From NCBI GenBank assembly GCA_964482935.1, contig CAZAAP010000001.1, positions 5,569-69,568 of the forward strand: DNA of 64,000 bases. The letters are read 5' to 3'. The stretch comes from an uncultured Enteractinococcus sp. Lineage in GTDB: Bacteria > Actinomycetota > Actinomycetes > Actinomycetales > Micrococcaceae. Shown in pieces: positions 52,634 through 62,533 of the stretch (position 1 is the stretch's first letter; every line of letters begins with the position of its first letter). Under the pieces are notes generated by a model. It was not told the DNA's origin and did no database searches. It was given only the letters and a program-made list of their open reading frames with translations. A program made the translations under genes and the position numbers.

Positions 52634-53554
52634 ATGCCCGAAGGTGATTCCCTGGTCCGATTAGCTCATCGACTTCGGCCCGTCATGCAAGATCAGGTCA
52701 TTCAACGCAGCGACTTTCGGGTGCCCCAATTGGCGACATTAGATTTGTCCGGTTGGCTAGTAGTCGACATCCGCTCTGATGCCAAATATTTGTCGATGAC
52801 GGTAGCAGCTGATGCCAACGTGACGGATGAGGCACAACATTTGGTCATAGTTTCGCATCTGGGAATGGACGGCGCGTGGCAGATCGACACGCGCCCGTCA
52901 TACCAGACGCGATGCGTTCTCCATTTCGAAGAACATACCGTGATCGGATATACCTTGGCCCAACTGGAGGTCTTCCCACCGGAGGAAGCAGAACAGTATC
53001 TGGCGTTTTTAGGTCCGGATTTATTGGCCCCCGCGTGGGAGGATCCTGCACAGTTTGACCGGCTTTTAGCTCGGTCGCTGCAGAATATGCGCGCTGCTCC
53101 AGACCAGCCGATTGGCACGGCGTTACTTGACCAACGGCTCGTCTCAGGTATCGGCAATATCTATCGGTGTGAGGTATTACTTCTGGCCGGGATCAATCCG
53201 CATCGTTTAGTCAGTGAACTCAGTGATGAGCAATTAGAAGGGCTCATTCTGTTGGCGAGGGACCTGATGATAGTCAATGTCCCGCCGCGAGCCCCAGCCC
53301 GCGCGCGGCGTCGTACCGTGGATGTGCGACCGGATGATACCGCACCATTTGGTGTGCGCGTCGCGACCCCTGTTGAACAAGCTCGGGCGCAGACCGATCG
53401 TCGGCGTGCCCGCAATGACCCAAACTTTTGGGTGTATGGGCGTGAACGGCAAGGTTGTCTAAGGTGCGGCGGCCCCATCCGCCTGGAAAAGCTGGGCACC
53501 ACTCCCGATAAGGAACGAAATCTCCATTGGTGTCCCAATTGCCAGCGCGGATAG
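52634..53554 (+). CDS. Fpg/Nei family DNA glycosylase (Nei2-like)
   Basis: MPEGD N-terminus, HLGMDG, LLDQRLVSGIGNIYRCE H2TH, CLRC...CPNCQ zinc finger. Confidence 0.92.
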   Translation: MPEGDSLVRLAHRLRPVMQDQVIQRSDFRVPQLATLDLSGWLVVDIRSDAKYLSMTVAADANVTDEAQHLVIVSHLGMDGAWQIDTRPSYQTRCVLHFEEHTVIGYTLAQLEVFPPEEAEQYLAFLGPDLLAPAWEDPAQFDRLLARSLQNMRAAPDQPIGTALLDQRLVSGIGNIYRCEVLLLAGINPHRLVSELSDEQLEGLILLARDLMIVNVPPRAPARARRRTVDVRPDDTAPFGVRVATPVEQARAQTDRRRARNDPNFWVYGRERQGCLRCGGPIRLEKLGTTPDKERNLHWCPNCQRG

Positions 53555-53571
53555 GGCCGTAAAGACCGAGC

Positions 53572-55824
53572 TTACCGAGTGACGATTTCTTCGGGTTCAG
53601 TCTCCGGTTTGCGACTGAGCTTTGATGGCCACCAGACAGCTCGGCCGATGTCGTATGTGAGGGCGGGCACCAACAGCGAGCGCACGATGAAGGTATCCAA
53701 TAGCACGCCGAATGCGACGATGAACGCCAGCTGCACCAGAAAGAGGATCGGAATAACCGACAGCGCAGCAAACGTCGCCGCGAGTACAACACCCGCCGAG
53801 GTGATGACGCCACCGGTTACGGTCAGTCCACGCAAGACCCCCTCCCGGGTGCCATGTTTCAGTGATTCTTCCCGGACTCGTGTCATGAGGAAAATGTTGT
53901 AGTCGATACCCAGGGCCACCAGGAAGACAAACCCATAGAGCGGGACGGCGGGGTCAGCTCCAGGGAAGCCGAATATATGGTTGAAGACCAATGCTGAAAC
54001 CCCCATCGCGGTGCCGAAAGAGATAACCGTCGTAGCAATCAATAAGAAGGGCGCCAAGATGGATCGCAGCAATATCATCAAAATAACCAGAATAACCGCC
54101 AGGATGATGGGAATAATGAGGTTTCTGTCATCAATCGATGCGTCGATGGTGTCGACGTCGGTAGCAGTCACTCCGCCGACCATCGCACTCGGGGCAGCAT
54201 CGGCGAATTCAGCTCGCAAGTCACGCACTGTCTGAGAGGCTTCCGGGGAGTCTGCGGGTTCAGACATCGTGCCTTGCAGTAACACATTGCCCTCCACCAC
54301 GGTTGGTTCAGGTTCCGGCGTTCCTGGCGGACCGAAGACTTCGATGCCGTCTTCTGTTACCGGCGCGGTGCCGCTCGGTGAATCATCGGTAGTGATCGCT
54401 ACATCTTCTAAGACCGGTTGTGCGAGCATCACGTCAACTACCGCATCAAGTTCTGCTTCATCGGCGAGGACTTGAACCGGACTGCCAGAACCCCCCGGGA
54501 AGTGCTCGCCGAGTGCTTCTTGTCCGTCGCGGGCTTCGGATTCACCCAGTACGAGGTCAGACTGTGCCACCCCTTCGGCTTTGAGCTGGGGTACGAATGC
54601 AGCCCCGGCAAGCAACACGACCGTGGTGACAATCCAGATGACGCGTGGCCGCTTTTGTACCATCTGAGCGACTTTGGGCCAAATACCTTTGGAGGGGATG
54701 CCCTTTTCGGCGGCGACCGTTTCTGGGTCGTATTTGATGCGCTTGGGCCAGAAGGCAACGCGACCAAAGGTAAACAGAATTGCAGGCAGCAGGGTGAGCG
54801 CCGATAGCATCGCAAAGACGATACCGATCGATGCAACCGGTCCGAGTGTACTGTTAGATTTCAAATCGCTAAGCAAGAGCATCAACAGCCCGGCGATCAC
54901 CGTGCTTCCGGAGGCCAAGATCGGTTCTATAGAACCTTTGATCGCACCCCAGGTTGCCGACCATTTGTCTTCATAAACGCGCAGCTCTTCACGGTAGCGC
55001 GCGACCAATAGCAATGAGTAGTCGGTGGCGGCCCCGATGACCAGGATAAATAAGATCCCCTGGGTCTGACCACTCAAGAGGATGACTTCCCATTTCGCCA
55101 GCCACCACACCGTCAACAGTGCTGCACACAGCGCAAACATACTCGTAGCCAACACAGCAATCGGTAAGAGGAAAGACCGATAGACGATGATCAAGATGAC
55201 GAATACGGCAATGAGGGCTACAGCTAGCAAGAGGCCATCAATTCCGGCAAAGGCCTCACCCAGGTCAGCACTAAACCCGGCGGGCCCGGTTACATACACG
55301 GTCACACCGTCTGCCACATCGGCGCGCAGTTCATCGCCCAGAGTTGCAACAACATTCCCAGTGTCGGCCTCGGAGTTGATCGGCACGAATGCCTGAACTG
55401 CTACACCATCATCAGAGGGAATAGGTGGTGAGACCTCATCTTCTACCCCGTCGAGATTTGGCACGGCTTCTAATTGGTCGCTGATTTCACCGAGTTGATC
55501 TTCCGTGAATTCCTGATCAGCCACGAACAAGACCACGGCTGGTATACCCTCAGAGTCAGTAAATTCATCTTGGAGTTCCTGTACCTGGGTAGCCTCAGCA
55601 GATTCTGGCAAGTAGTTTGTTTGGTCATTCGACGAAACTTCATTTACCTTGCCAAAATAGGGGCCACCGACCCCAGCTGCGGTCAGCCATATCAAAATCA
55701 GTATGGCCGGCAAGAAGATGCGTAACCATTTCGGTGCCCTACCGCGTCGTCGGTTCTCACGCCGCGTGGGGGGTTTAGGGTCTTGCTGCTGAACTGGGCC
55801 GGCAGCAGTCGAGTCACGGTGCAT
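53572..55824 (-). CDS. MMPL family RND transporter
   Basis: GAATDYSLLLVARYREE, ALGIDYNIFLMTRVREE, GGVITSAG, LDTFIVRSLLVPA. Confidence 0.95.
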   Translation of the reverse strand: MHRDSTAAGPVQQQDPKPPTRRENRRRGRAPKWLRIFLPAILILIWLTAAGVGGPYFGKVNEVSSNDQTNYLPESAEATQVQELQDEFTDSEGIPAVVLFVADQEFTEDQLGEISDQLEAVPNLDGVEDEVSPPIPSDDGVAVQAFVPINSEADTGNVVATLGDELRADVADGVTVYVTGPAGFSADLGEAFAGIDGLLLAVALIAVFVILIIVYRSFLLPIAVLATSMFALCAALLTVWWLAKWEVILLSGQTQGILFILVIGAATDYSLLLVARYREELRVYEDKWSATWGAIKGSIEPILASGSTVIAGLLMLLLSDLKSNSTLGPVASIGIVFAMLSALTLLPAILFTFGRVAFWPKRIKYDPETVAAEKGIPSKGIWPKVAQMVQKRPRVIWIVTTVVLLAGAAFVPQLKAEGVAQSDLVLGESEARDGQEALGEHFPGGSGSPVQVLADEAELDAVVDVMLAQPVLEDVAITTDDSPSGTAPVTEDGIEVFGPPGTPEPEPTVVEGNVLLQGTMSEPADSPEASQTVRDLRAEFADAAPSAMVGGVTATDVDTIDASIDDRNLIIPIILAVILVILMILLRSILAPFLLIATTVISFGTAMGVSALVFNHIFGFPGADPAVPLYGFVFLVALGIDYNIFLMTRVREESLKHGTREGVLRGLTVTGGVITSAGVVLAATFAALSVIPILFLVQLAFIVAFGVLLDTFIVRSLLVPALTYDIGRAVWWPSKLSRKPETEPEEIVTR

Positions 55825-55850
55825 TTTGAGTCCATTCGGCGAGATAGATG

Positions 55851-55868
55851 GTTAGTTAGTAAACTAAC
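55851..55868. promoter_or_regulatory. Palindrome upstream of MMPL (candidate MarR operator)
   Basis: GTTAGTT-agta-AACTAAC. Confidence 0.5.
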
Positions 55869-56143
55869 GGGTCAATTGTGTACCTACGAGCGCTGTGATC
55901 TCGAAATATCGTCTGTGTCGCTCATCGTCGTCGTTCCATGAGCTATGCCTTGGCCCTCCCAAACGCGTGTGGCGAAGGCCATTCGATGAAATTTCAGGTT
56001 GATCGGCACATATATTGGTGACAGTTTTGTGCACTAACTACCGTAGGCTTATCCTCGAAGACCGGTCACACGGAGCCTGGAGAAACGAACTCTCCTGGTC
56101 GCATGGGCCGCCAAGATAAAATTAGTGTAGTTAGTGTGGTTAC

Positions 56144-56164
56144 ATTACTAGCTAATCTAGCAAT
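56144..56164. promoter_or_regulatory. Palindrome upstream of MarR gene (candidate autoregulatory operator)
   Basis: ATTACTAG-ctaat-CTAGCAAT. Confidence 0.45.
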
Positions 56165-56193
56165 TATGTAATTACGCGCAAAGATGTGGAGCA

Positions 56194-56778
56194 ATGTTTC
56201 TCATGGTCGACAAATTTGAGGACCAGGCACCAAAAGTAACGAACATGTATTCTTTGGACGCATCTGACCCTCAAGCTCGACTGATCGACCGTCAAGGCCA
56301 CTCAGAAGAGGACATCGCACAAATCGGTGAGTTGATGGCCGCGCTAGCCCAACTCCGCGAAGCCGAGCAACGATTATCAGAAGCTTCCCAGCGCTACATG
56401 AAACTGGGACCGACCGATATGAAAGCCTTACACTTTCTCATCGTCGCCCAAAACACGGGAACCATCGCCACACCGGGAGCCATCGCTGTCCACCTCGATA
56501 TCTCGACCGCCTCTACAACAAAACTTCTGGACCGGCTCGAAGCTGCAGGGCACATCATACGTTCACCCCATCCCCACGACCGCCGCGCCCTAGCCATTTC
56601 GATTACCGAAGAGACCTATGAAGCTGCTGTTGAAACAGTCGGACGCCTCCAAGCCAAGCGTTTTCACGCCGCTGCTCGACTTAGCCAAGAACAACGGGAG
56701 ATCGTGATCGCCTTCTTGAAAGATATGACCCGTGAGATCACCGTTCATGACCCGCAGCGTGCTCAACCAGACCCCTGA
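56194..56778 (+). CDS. MarR family regulator (start uncertain)
   Basis: TPGAIAVHLDISTASTTKLLDRLE, PHDRRA. Confidence 0.92.
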   Translation: MFLMVDKFEDQAPKVTNMYSLDASDPQARLIDRQGHSEEDIAQIGELMAALAQLREAEQRLSEASQRYMKLGPTDMKALHFLIVAQNTGTIATPGAIAVHLDISTASTTKLLDRLEAAGHIIRSPHPHDRRALAISITEETYEAAVETVGRLQAKRFHAAARLSQEQREIVIAFLKDMTREITVHDPQRAQPDP

Positions 56779-56801
56779 GTTCCAGAGTTAGACTGAAGGC
56801 T

Positions 56802-57941
56802 ATGGCGGTGTATCGTGACCCAGTAGACGGCAGCACTTACGACCTAGCAGAAGCCCGGTGGCGATCACACGGGGGCCGGCCATTGTGGATCGAACCCGGT
56901 GGTGGCCTCTCTCCAGCCGACCTTGATGCTTCCGACACATCTCTATGGCGCTATCAAGCGGCACTGCCAGTAGCCATTTCGACCCCGATCTCACTTGGCG
57001 AAGGCCGAACACCGCTAGTCGCTCATGAATGGCAGACTGGACAACATCCGCTCTTCAAACTGGATTATCTGAATCCAACCGGAAGTTTCAAAGACCGCGG
57101 CACGAGCGTCATGCTATCGTACTTGCGTGACCGTGGCGTCAATTCTGTGGTGGAGGACAGCTCCGGAAACGGGGGCGCCTCAGTAGCAGGCTACGGGGCG
57201 GCCGGGGGGCTGAAGGTAAAAATTCTCGCTCCCGTTTCGACGTCACCTGGCAAAATCGCCCAAGTGCGTGCTTTCGGTGCAGAAGTGCAACTGGTTGATG
57301 GTCCACGCGAAGCCTCTCAAACCGAGGCAATCCGGCAAGCTCAGCACGAGACGTTCTATGCCAGCCACAATTGGCACCCATTTTTCCTCCAAGGGACCAA
57401 AACTTTAGCTTATGAACTCTGGGAAGACCTTGGATACCGGGCTCCTGATCAAGTCATCCTACCGGTGGGAGCAGGCAGTAGCCTGCTGGGGTGTTGGCTG
57501 GGTTTCAGAGAGTTACTCACTGCAGGACAAATCGATAAAATGCCGCAACTCTTTGCGGCACAACCACGAAATTGTTCACCAGTCGACGCGAGTTTTACCG
57601 CGAGCACCAGTACCCCAGTCCAACGCGAGGTACGGCCAACCATCGCCGAAGGCACCTCCATTGCTCACCCGCTACGACTCGCGCACATAATTCACGCGTT
57701 ACGAGACACGAATGGCGGCTCCGTAGCCGTCACTGAATCCGACATCGTGGAGGCCTTGCGGCAGTTGTGCATTCGAGGTTTTTTCGTGGAACCAACTAGC
57801 GCGGTTGCCGCAGCCGCATACTCTCGGCTCGTCGCACAAGGAACTATCAGCACCTCGGACCAGGCAGTGGTCTTGCTCAGTGGTTCCGGTCTGAAGGTAG
57901 CTTCGACGATCATTGAACTGCTCGAATCTGCTGACAAATAA
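56802..57941 (+). CDS. Threonine-synthase-like PLP-dependent enzyme
   Basis: SLGEGRTPL, NPTGSFKDRG, DSSGNGG, QGTKTLAYE, VEPTSA. Confidence 0.88.
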   Translation: MAVYRDPVDGSTYDLAEARWRSHGGRPLWIEPGGGLSPADLDASDTSLWRYQAALPVAISTPISLGEGRTPLVAHEWQTGQHPLFKLDYLNPTGSFKDRGTSVMLSYLRDRGVNSVVEDSSGNGGASVAGYGAAGGLKVKILAPVSTSPGKIAQVRAFGAEVQLVDGPREASQTEAIRQAQHETFYASHNWHPFFLQGTKTLAYELWEDLGYRAPDQVILPVGAGSSLLGCWLGFRELLTAGQIDKMPQLFAAQPRNCSPVDASFTASTSTPVQREVRPTIAEGTSIAHPLRLAHIIHALRDTNGGSVAVTESDIVEALRQLCIRGFFVEPTSAVAAAAYSRLVAQGTISTSDQAVVLLSGSGLKVASTIIELLESADK

Positions 57942-58066
57942 CTAAGAGTGCCGATACCATAGCGTCGACAGCACCTTGCCCTGGACGCAGCTACCAGTGA
58001 TACGCTGGCGGCCTCACTGAGGAAGCCTCTCTTCTGCGCTGTACGTCAGCAACGAAAGGACTTTCA

Positions 58067-58471
58067 ATGGAAACCTCCGTTCAGCCTCCACCGCCCTCAA
58101 AGCCCGGAGATTTTCAAAAAATCCTGGATGATTGGGCCCAAGCTATCGTTGAAAACGATCCGGCAAAGATCCGTCGCTTCACTGAATCAGAATGGCAGCT
58201 CGTGGATACTAATGGCATCATTCCACTTGAGCGCTTTTTAGAAGTAGTTGAAAGCGGCGATCTTGAACACGATGAAATGATATTAGAAGTTGTGTCGGTT
58301 CGTCATATCGATGATGTTGCCATCGTCATCGCTCAGGGAAAAAATCGCGGCCGTTGGCTGGGTGAAGAGTTTTCAGCGGATGAGTGGACCAGTGACGTTT
58401 TCGTATGGCAAGATAACCGCTGGGTGTGTCGTCTAACCGCACTCACACCACGCCAATCCTCAAAAACATAA
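58067..58471 (+). CDS. NTF2-like / DUF4440 protein
   Basis: WAQAIVEND, DEWTSDVFV...WVC; AAAGGA RBS. Confidence 0.8.
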   Translation: METSVQPPPPSKPGDFQKILDDWAQAIVENDPAKIRRFTESEWQLVDTNGIIPLERFLEVVESGDLEHDEMILEVVSVRHIDDVAIVIAQGKNRGRWLGEEFSADEWTSDVFVWQDNRWVCRLTALTPRQSSKT

Positions 58472-58516
58472 CTGTAATCGACACCGCGCTTTTCTGACAG
58501 ATAGTGTCATTGTTCG

Positions 58517-59149
58517 TCATGTGATACCCGTTTTCTCTGGGTGAGTCATGGTGCGCTGAGGGTGTTTTCGAGCTTTCTGTAACCGCAGCCCAAGATAAAT
58601 AAATACAGCGCAAGTCGCTAATCCGATGGCAGCTGGGATAAGAACCGCAGCTCCGCCTTGTCCTCCAAAGAGCAGACTCCATGCTGACTTGAGCACAGCG
58701 ATCGCTGCCATGGTCGAAAAACCTAGCCAGAGGTTTCGTTTCCAAAATGAATATGCAAGGACTGCCATTGTGAGCGGGACTAGCAAGGTCATGGCGACTT
58801 TTGCTACGTTCCAATCACTGAGCAGGTACTGTTTTTCAAATGTCAGAAACTCTTTGACCGATTCTGGCGTATCAGCGGGTTGGGGGAACCAAAACATACT
58901 CGTGAGCAGTAGGAATATGGTGAGCGAAATCCCGGTCAGACTGCGATAATACGCGAAGAAGCAAAATGGAATCAGAAACAGCGGGCGAACATACCAGCTC
59001 AGAATGTTCTCATGCCGGGCGAAGACCCAATCCATAAATGCGGGCACCGTGAACGCGCTGACAATAAACAACAGTGACAATCCGGCGAACACGAGGGATA
59101 GAGTTTTATCGTGTGTTTCGATGTTCTGTAAAAGTTTTTTGGTTGTCAT
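58517..59149 (-). CDS. Uncharacterised membrane protein
   Basis: FARHENILSWYVRPLFLIPFC...SMFWFPQP; multiple TM segments. Confidence 0.75.
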   Translation of the reverse strand: MTTKKLLQNIETHDKTLSLVFAGLSLLFIVSAFTVPAFMDWVFARHENILSWYVRPLFLIPFCFFAYYRSLTGISLTIFLLLTSMFWFPQPADTPESVKEFLTFEKQYLLSDWNVAKVAMTLLVPLTMAVLAYSFWKRNLWLGFSTMAAIAVLKSAWSLLFGGQGGAAVLIPAAIGLATCAVFIYLGLRLQKARKHPQRTMTHPEKTGIT

Positions 59150-59816
59150 GACTCATCGGTCCTGTCCCCTGTGTTGAGTCGTCTGGTTGCGTCATGGCGG
59201 CTCGTGCGGCCGTCAGCAAGGACCGGTCGGCATACAGGCCATCGGTCAAAAGCTCTAGCGTTGGAATAGTGAGCCTGTTTGCGCCTGCGGTCGACAGCGG
59301 ATCACCCCCTAAGACCTGACTGGATCGCTCTCGGAGCAAGAACTGGGATAGACCGAAAACCGTTACAATCAGGGCCGTCACTTCGGGGTCGGAGGCAGGA
59401 GTAATCGAACCCGCCTCACGTCCCTCGGCAAGATTTCGGTGGGTGCTTTCCACAAGTCGTGCGAAGAGTTCATCCCCGGCCTCGCCAGGCTCAATAATCA
59501 TTCGAGCCACATAGGCAAATTCTGGTCGGGACGCATCTACCGCAGCGAGGAGTTCCTGAACGAGGCTGGGAGAGGGCACCTCCGCAGCGGCGACTCGATT
59601 ATTGAGTATTCTCGTGATGACATCATCATCACACTGGCGTCGCAACTCTGACTTCGATCCGTAATGGTGGATCACCAGTGCAGGACTCACCCCAGAGGCT
59701 TCTGCAATAGACTTTATGCTCGTCTTCTCGAAACCACGTGCAGCAAACAGTTCGAGCGCTGCAGCACGGATCCGAGCGCGTCGCGTCAGGTCAGAAAACT
59801 CAGGAACTGAATCCAT
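59106..59816 (-). CDS. TetR family regulator (RaaS/Rv1219c-like)
   Basis: DLTRRARIRAAALELF...GVSPALVIHHYGSK; ATG 59816 seven nt after TAGTAT. Confidence 0.9.
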   Translation of the reverse strand: MDSVPEFSDLTRRARIRAAALELFAARGFEKTSIKSIAEASGVSPALVIHHYGSKSELRRQCDDDVITRILNNRVAAAEVPSPSLVQELLAAVDASRPEFAYVARMIIEPGEAGDELFARLVESTHRNLAEGREAGSITPASDPEVTALIVTVFGLSQFLLRERSSQVLGGDPLSTAGANRLTIPTLELLTDGLYADRSLLTAARAAMTQPDDSTQGTGPMSHDNQKTFTEHRNTR

Positions 59817-59825
59817 ATTCAAAAT

Positions 59826-59843
59826 ACTAAACGCGCATTCAGT
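59826..59843. promoter_or_regulatory. Candidate TetR operator
   Basis: ACTAAA-cgcgca-TTCAGT imperfect palindrome overlapping the -10. Confidence 0.5.
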
Positions 59844-59985
59844 CGGGGTCAATGGGCAATTTCCATATAGGCGGACAGTTTTATTTATCGAACGACGGTG
59901 GACTAGGGCAATGAACAGAAGGCCTTCAAAATCATCGAAGCCCCGCTAGTCGGGTCCCAGGTATTTTTTGCAGCTGCGGCCCTAG

Positions 59986-60537
59986 TCATAACCGGCGGCG
60001 CCAAGGCCGTTGCAGACCAGGTGGCCAGTACCGTTCAATTTTACGGCGCTTGCCCCTAAGAACTGCGACCCCTCCAAGAACCGTCATCGAGGCGGCCCCG
60101 CAATCTGATAAGCGCCGTGTTCACTGGCTAATGCCAACGCGAGAAGATCCCGCGGTCGCCCGCTCCGAGTAACCATTTTCAGCAGCCAGACCAAGTGCGA
60201 CCCGAATGCCCCGCTCAGCGAAACCTCCAGGGGATGCGGTTACCACAACGACCGCATCATGTGGTCCGCTGTTGGCCGGAAAGTGATATTCGTTCGTGAC
60301 GGTGAATTGTTCGCCTGGTCGAATTCGATGTACCAGGTCATTGACGGTCAGATCGAGAACGCCCGTCGTGACTTCGAAATTCTCCCAGCCCGGGTGCCGA
60401 TGTTTCACCACCGGGCGGCCACCGGCTGGGAAAGTGACTTCCATGGTGACGGAGTCTGCTGCCACATCACGTCTGAGAAAACGGAGGCGCTCGCCGGTCA
60501 CCGGGTTTTCAATTTGGTCCCAATGTGTAGCCTGCAT
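59986..60537 (-). pseudogene. Cupin-domain protein, frameshifted
   Basis: IENPVTGERL...HRHPGWENF cupin; continuation GRPRDLLALALASEHGAYQIAGPPR and VAVLRGKRRKIERYWPPGLQRPW in shifted frames. Confidence 0.65.
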
Positions 60538-60666
60538 GCCTTCCTCGATTCAAGAACGCCGGCTACCCAAACTGACACCGACGAACGATCGTATAGTAAG
60601 TCTACGCCGGCCTATCCTGAAACACACAGGCCTTCTGCGACATTGCCGCTAGGTCAGTACACCGGA

Positions 60667-62466
60667 TCAGTCGAGCTGTTCGGAGAGCTCGAGCCACCGT
60701 TCTTCCAATTGGTCGACTTCGGCTTCTTTTTCGCGCAGCTCATCACCGTAGCGCTGTAATCCGCTGTAGTCACTTTGGTCGTGTTCAACGAGATTCTGAT
60801 GCAGTCGCTCGATGACGCCGGATAACTTTTGCAAACGGCGCTCAATAGAACTGACTTCTTTTTGTGCAGCTCTACGTTCCGTCCCCGTCAATTTGGAATC
60901 GGAGTCGACCTCAATATCGGGCTGAGCGTTTTTCGAGCTTGCACTACGATCTGCCTGTTGGTCCTGTGCTGTGCGCAACTGCAAGTATTCGTCGACTCCT
61001 CCAGGAACGTGTCGAAGTGTGCTCTCAAGAATGGCATACTGCTGGTCAGTAACGCGTTCCAATAGGTACCGGTCGTGAGAGACAACAATCAGGGTTCCGG
61101 GCCAGGAGTCCAGAAGGTCTTCCATGGCCGTGAGCATTTCGGAGTCGACGTCGTTGGTGGGCTCATCCAGCACAATGACATTTGGCTCACTCAACAACAT
61201 CATCAGAAGCTGAAGACGGCGTTTCTGACCACCGGATAGATCGTTGACGCGAGCGGAAAGGTGCTCCCGACGAAAGCCAAGCCGTTCTAACAGCTGAGCT
61301 GGGGTATGCTCTTTCCCGTCGATGGTAAAACTGGCTTTGGTCCGGGCTAAGACCTCTCGGACTCGGTCGGCCCCGATTTTTTCCAGCTGTGAAAACTGCT
61401 GGTCCAGCACACCGACCTGCACGGTTTTGCCGTGCTTGACGCGTCCATTCGTGGGTTCTAGGTCTCCGGTGATGAGGCTCAACAGCGTGGATTTACCGGC
61501 ACCATTGGCTCCGAGAATGCCCGTGCGCTCCCCCGGCGCTATTCGCCAAGTAATGTCGCGCAAAACTTCGCGTTCACCAAAACTGACGCTGGCGTTTTCA
61601 ATGTCCACAACATCTTTGCCAAGTCGTGCCACGGCTAAACGTTGGAGTTCAACGGCGTTTCGGACCGGTGGCACGTCTTCGATGAGCTGGTTGGCGGCGT
61701 CCACGCGGAATTTTGATTTCGCGGTCCGTGCTGGTGCCCCGCGCCGTAACCATGCGAGTTCTTTACGTAAGAGATTCTGCCGTTTAGCTTCTGCTGCGGC
61801 AGCCATTCGATCACGTTCCACGCGTTGCAGGACGTAAGCTGCATAGCCGCCTTCGAACTGATCGACGGTGCCGTCATGAACTTCCCAGGTCTCAGTACAC
61901 ACTGCATCTAAGAACCAGCGATCGTGAGTAATTACAAGAAGCCCGCCAGCATTTTTTGGCCAGCGCCGGTTCAGGTGGTCAGCAAGCCATGCGATACCCT
62001 CAACATCCAAGTGGTTGGTCGGCTCGTCCAGGGCCAGAATGTCCCAGTCTCCGATCAACAGCCGAGCCAATGCCACTCGACGTCGTTGGCCTCCGGAAAG
62101 CGAACCAACGGGCGCTTCCCAGTCCAGGTCAGCCACGAGTCCCTTAATTACGTCACGAATCTTTGGATCCCCGGCCCATTCGTGTTCGGCTAGATCGCCG
62201 ACAATCGCCTGACCTACGCTCAGGGTCGTATCTACCGCATCGGACTGGTCCAACATGCCGATGGTAGTGTCGCTGCGAGCCGTGACTTGGCCCGCATCGG
62301 GTTCAAGTTTGCCCACCAGGAGTTTCATGAGCGTGGACTTACCGTCGCCGTTGCGGCCCACAATGCCGATGCGGTCTCCGGCAGAAACGCCCAGCGTTAC
62401 GGAGTTGAGGACTTTTTGGGTTGGGTATTCAAAGTGTAGGGCCTCGGCCCCTAAAAGATGCGCCAT
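60667..62466 (-). CDS. ABC-F family ATPase (Uup-like)
   Basis: Two NBDs: GRNGDGKST/LSGGQRRR/LDEPTNHLD and GANGAGKST/LSGGQKRR/LDEPTND; C-terminal coiled coil. Confidence 0.95.
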   Translation of the reverse strand: MAHLLGAEALHFEYPTQKVLNSVTLGVSAGDRIGIVGRNGDGKSTLMKLLVGKLEPDAGQVTARSDTTIGMLDQSDAVDTTLSVGQAIVGDLAEHEWAGDPKIRDVIKGLVADLDWEAPVGSLSGGQRRRVALARLLIGDWDILALDEPTNHLDVEGIAWLADHLNRRWPKNAGGLLVITHDRWFLDAVCTETWEVHDGTVDQFEGGYAAYVLQRVERDRMAAAAEAKRQNLLRKELAWLRRGAPARTAKSKFRVDAANQLIEDVPPVRNAVELQRLAVARLGKDVVDIENASVSFGEREVLRDITWRIAPGERTGILGANGAGKSTLLSLITGDLEPTNGRVKHGKTVQVGVLDQQFSQLEKIGADRVREVLARTKASFTIDGKEHTPAQLLERLGFRREHLSARVNDLSGGQKRRLQLLMMLLSEPNVIVLDEPTNDVDSEMLTAMEDLLDSWPGTLIVVSHDRYLLERVTDQQYAILESTLRHVPGGVDEYLQLRTAQDQQADRSASSKNAQPDIEVDSDSKLTGTERRAAQKEVSSIERRLQKLSGVIERLHQNLVEHDQSDYSGLQRYGDELREKEAEVDQLEERWLELSEQLD

Positions 62467-62533
62467 ATCGTCACCAATGATAGTGGACTTGCTGGACGTC
62501 TCGGGTGCTCTTCGTTCTTAGCACGATAGAGCT

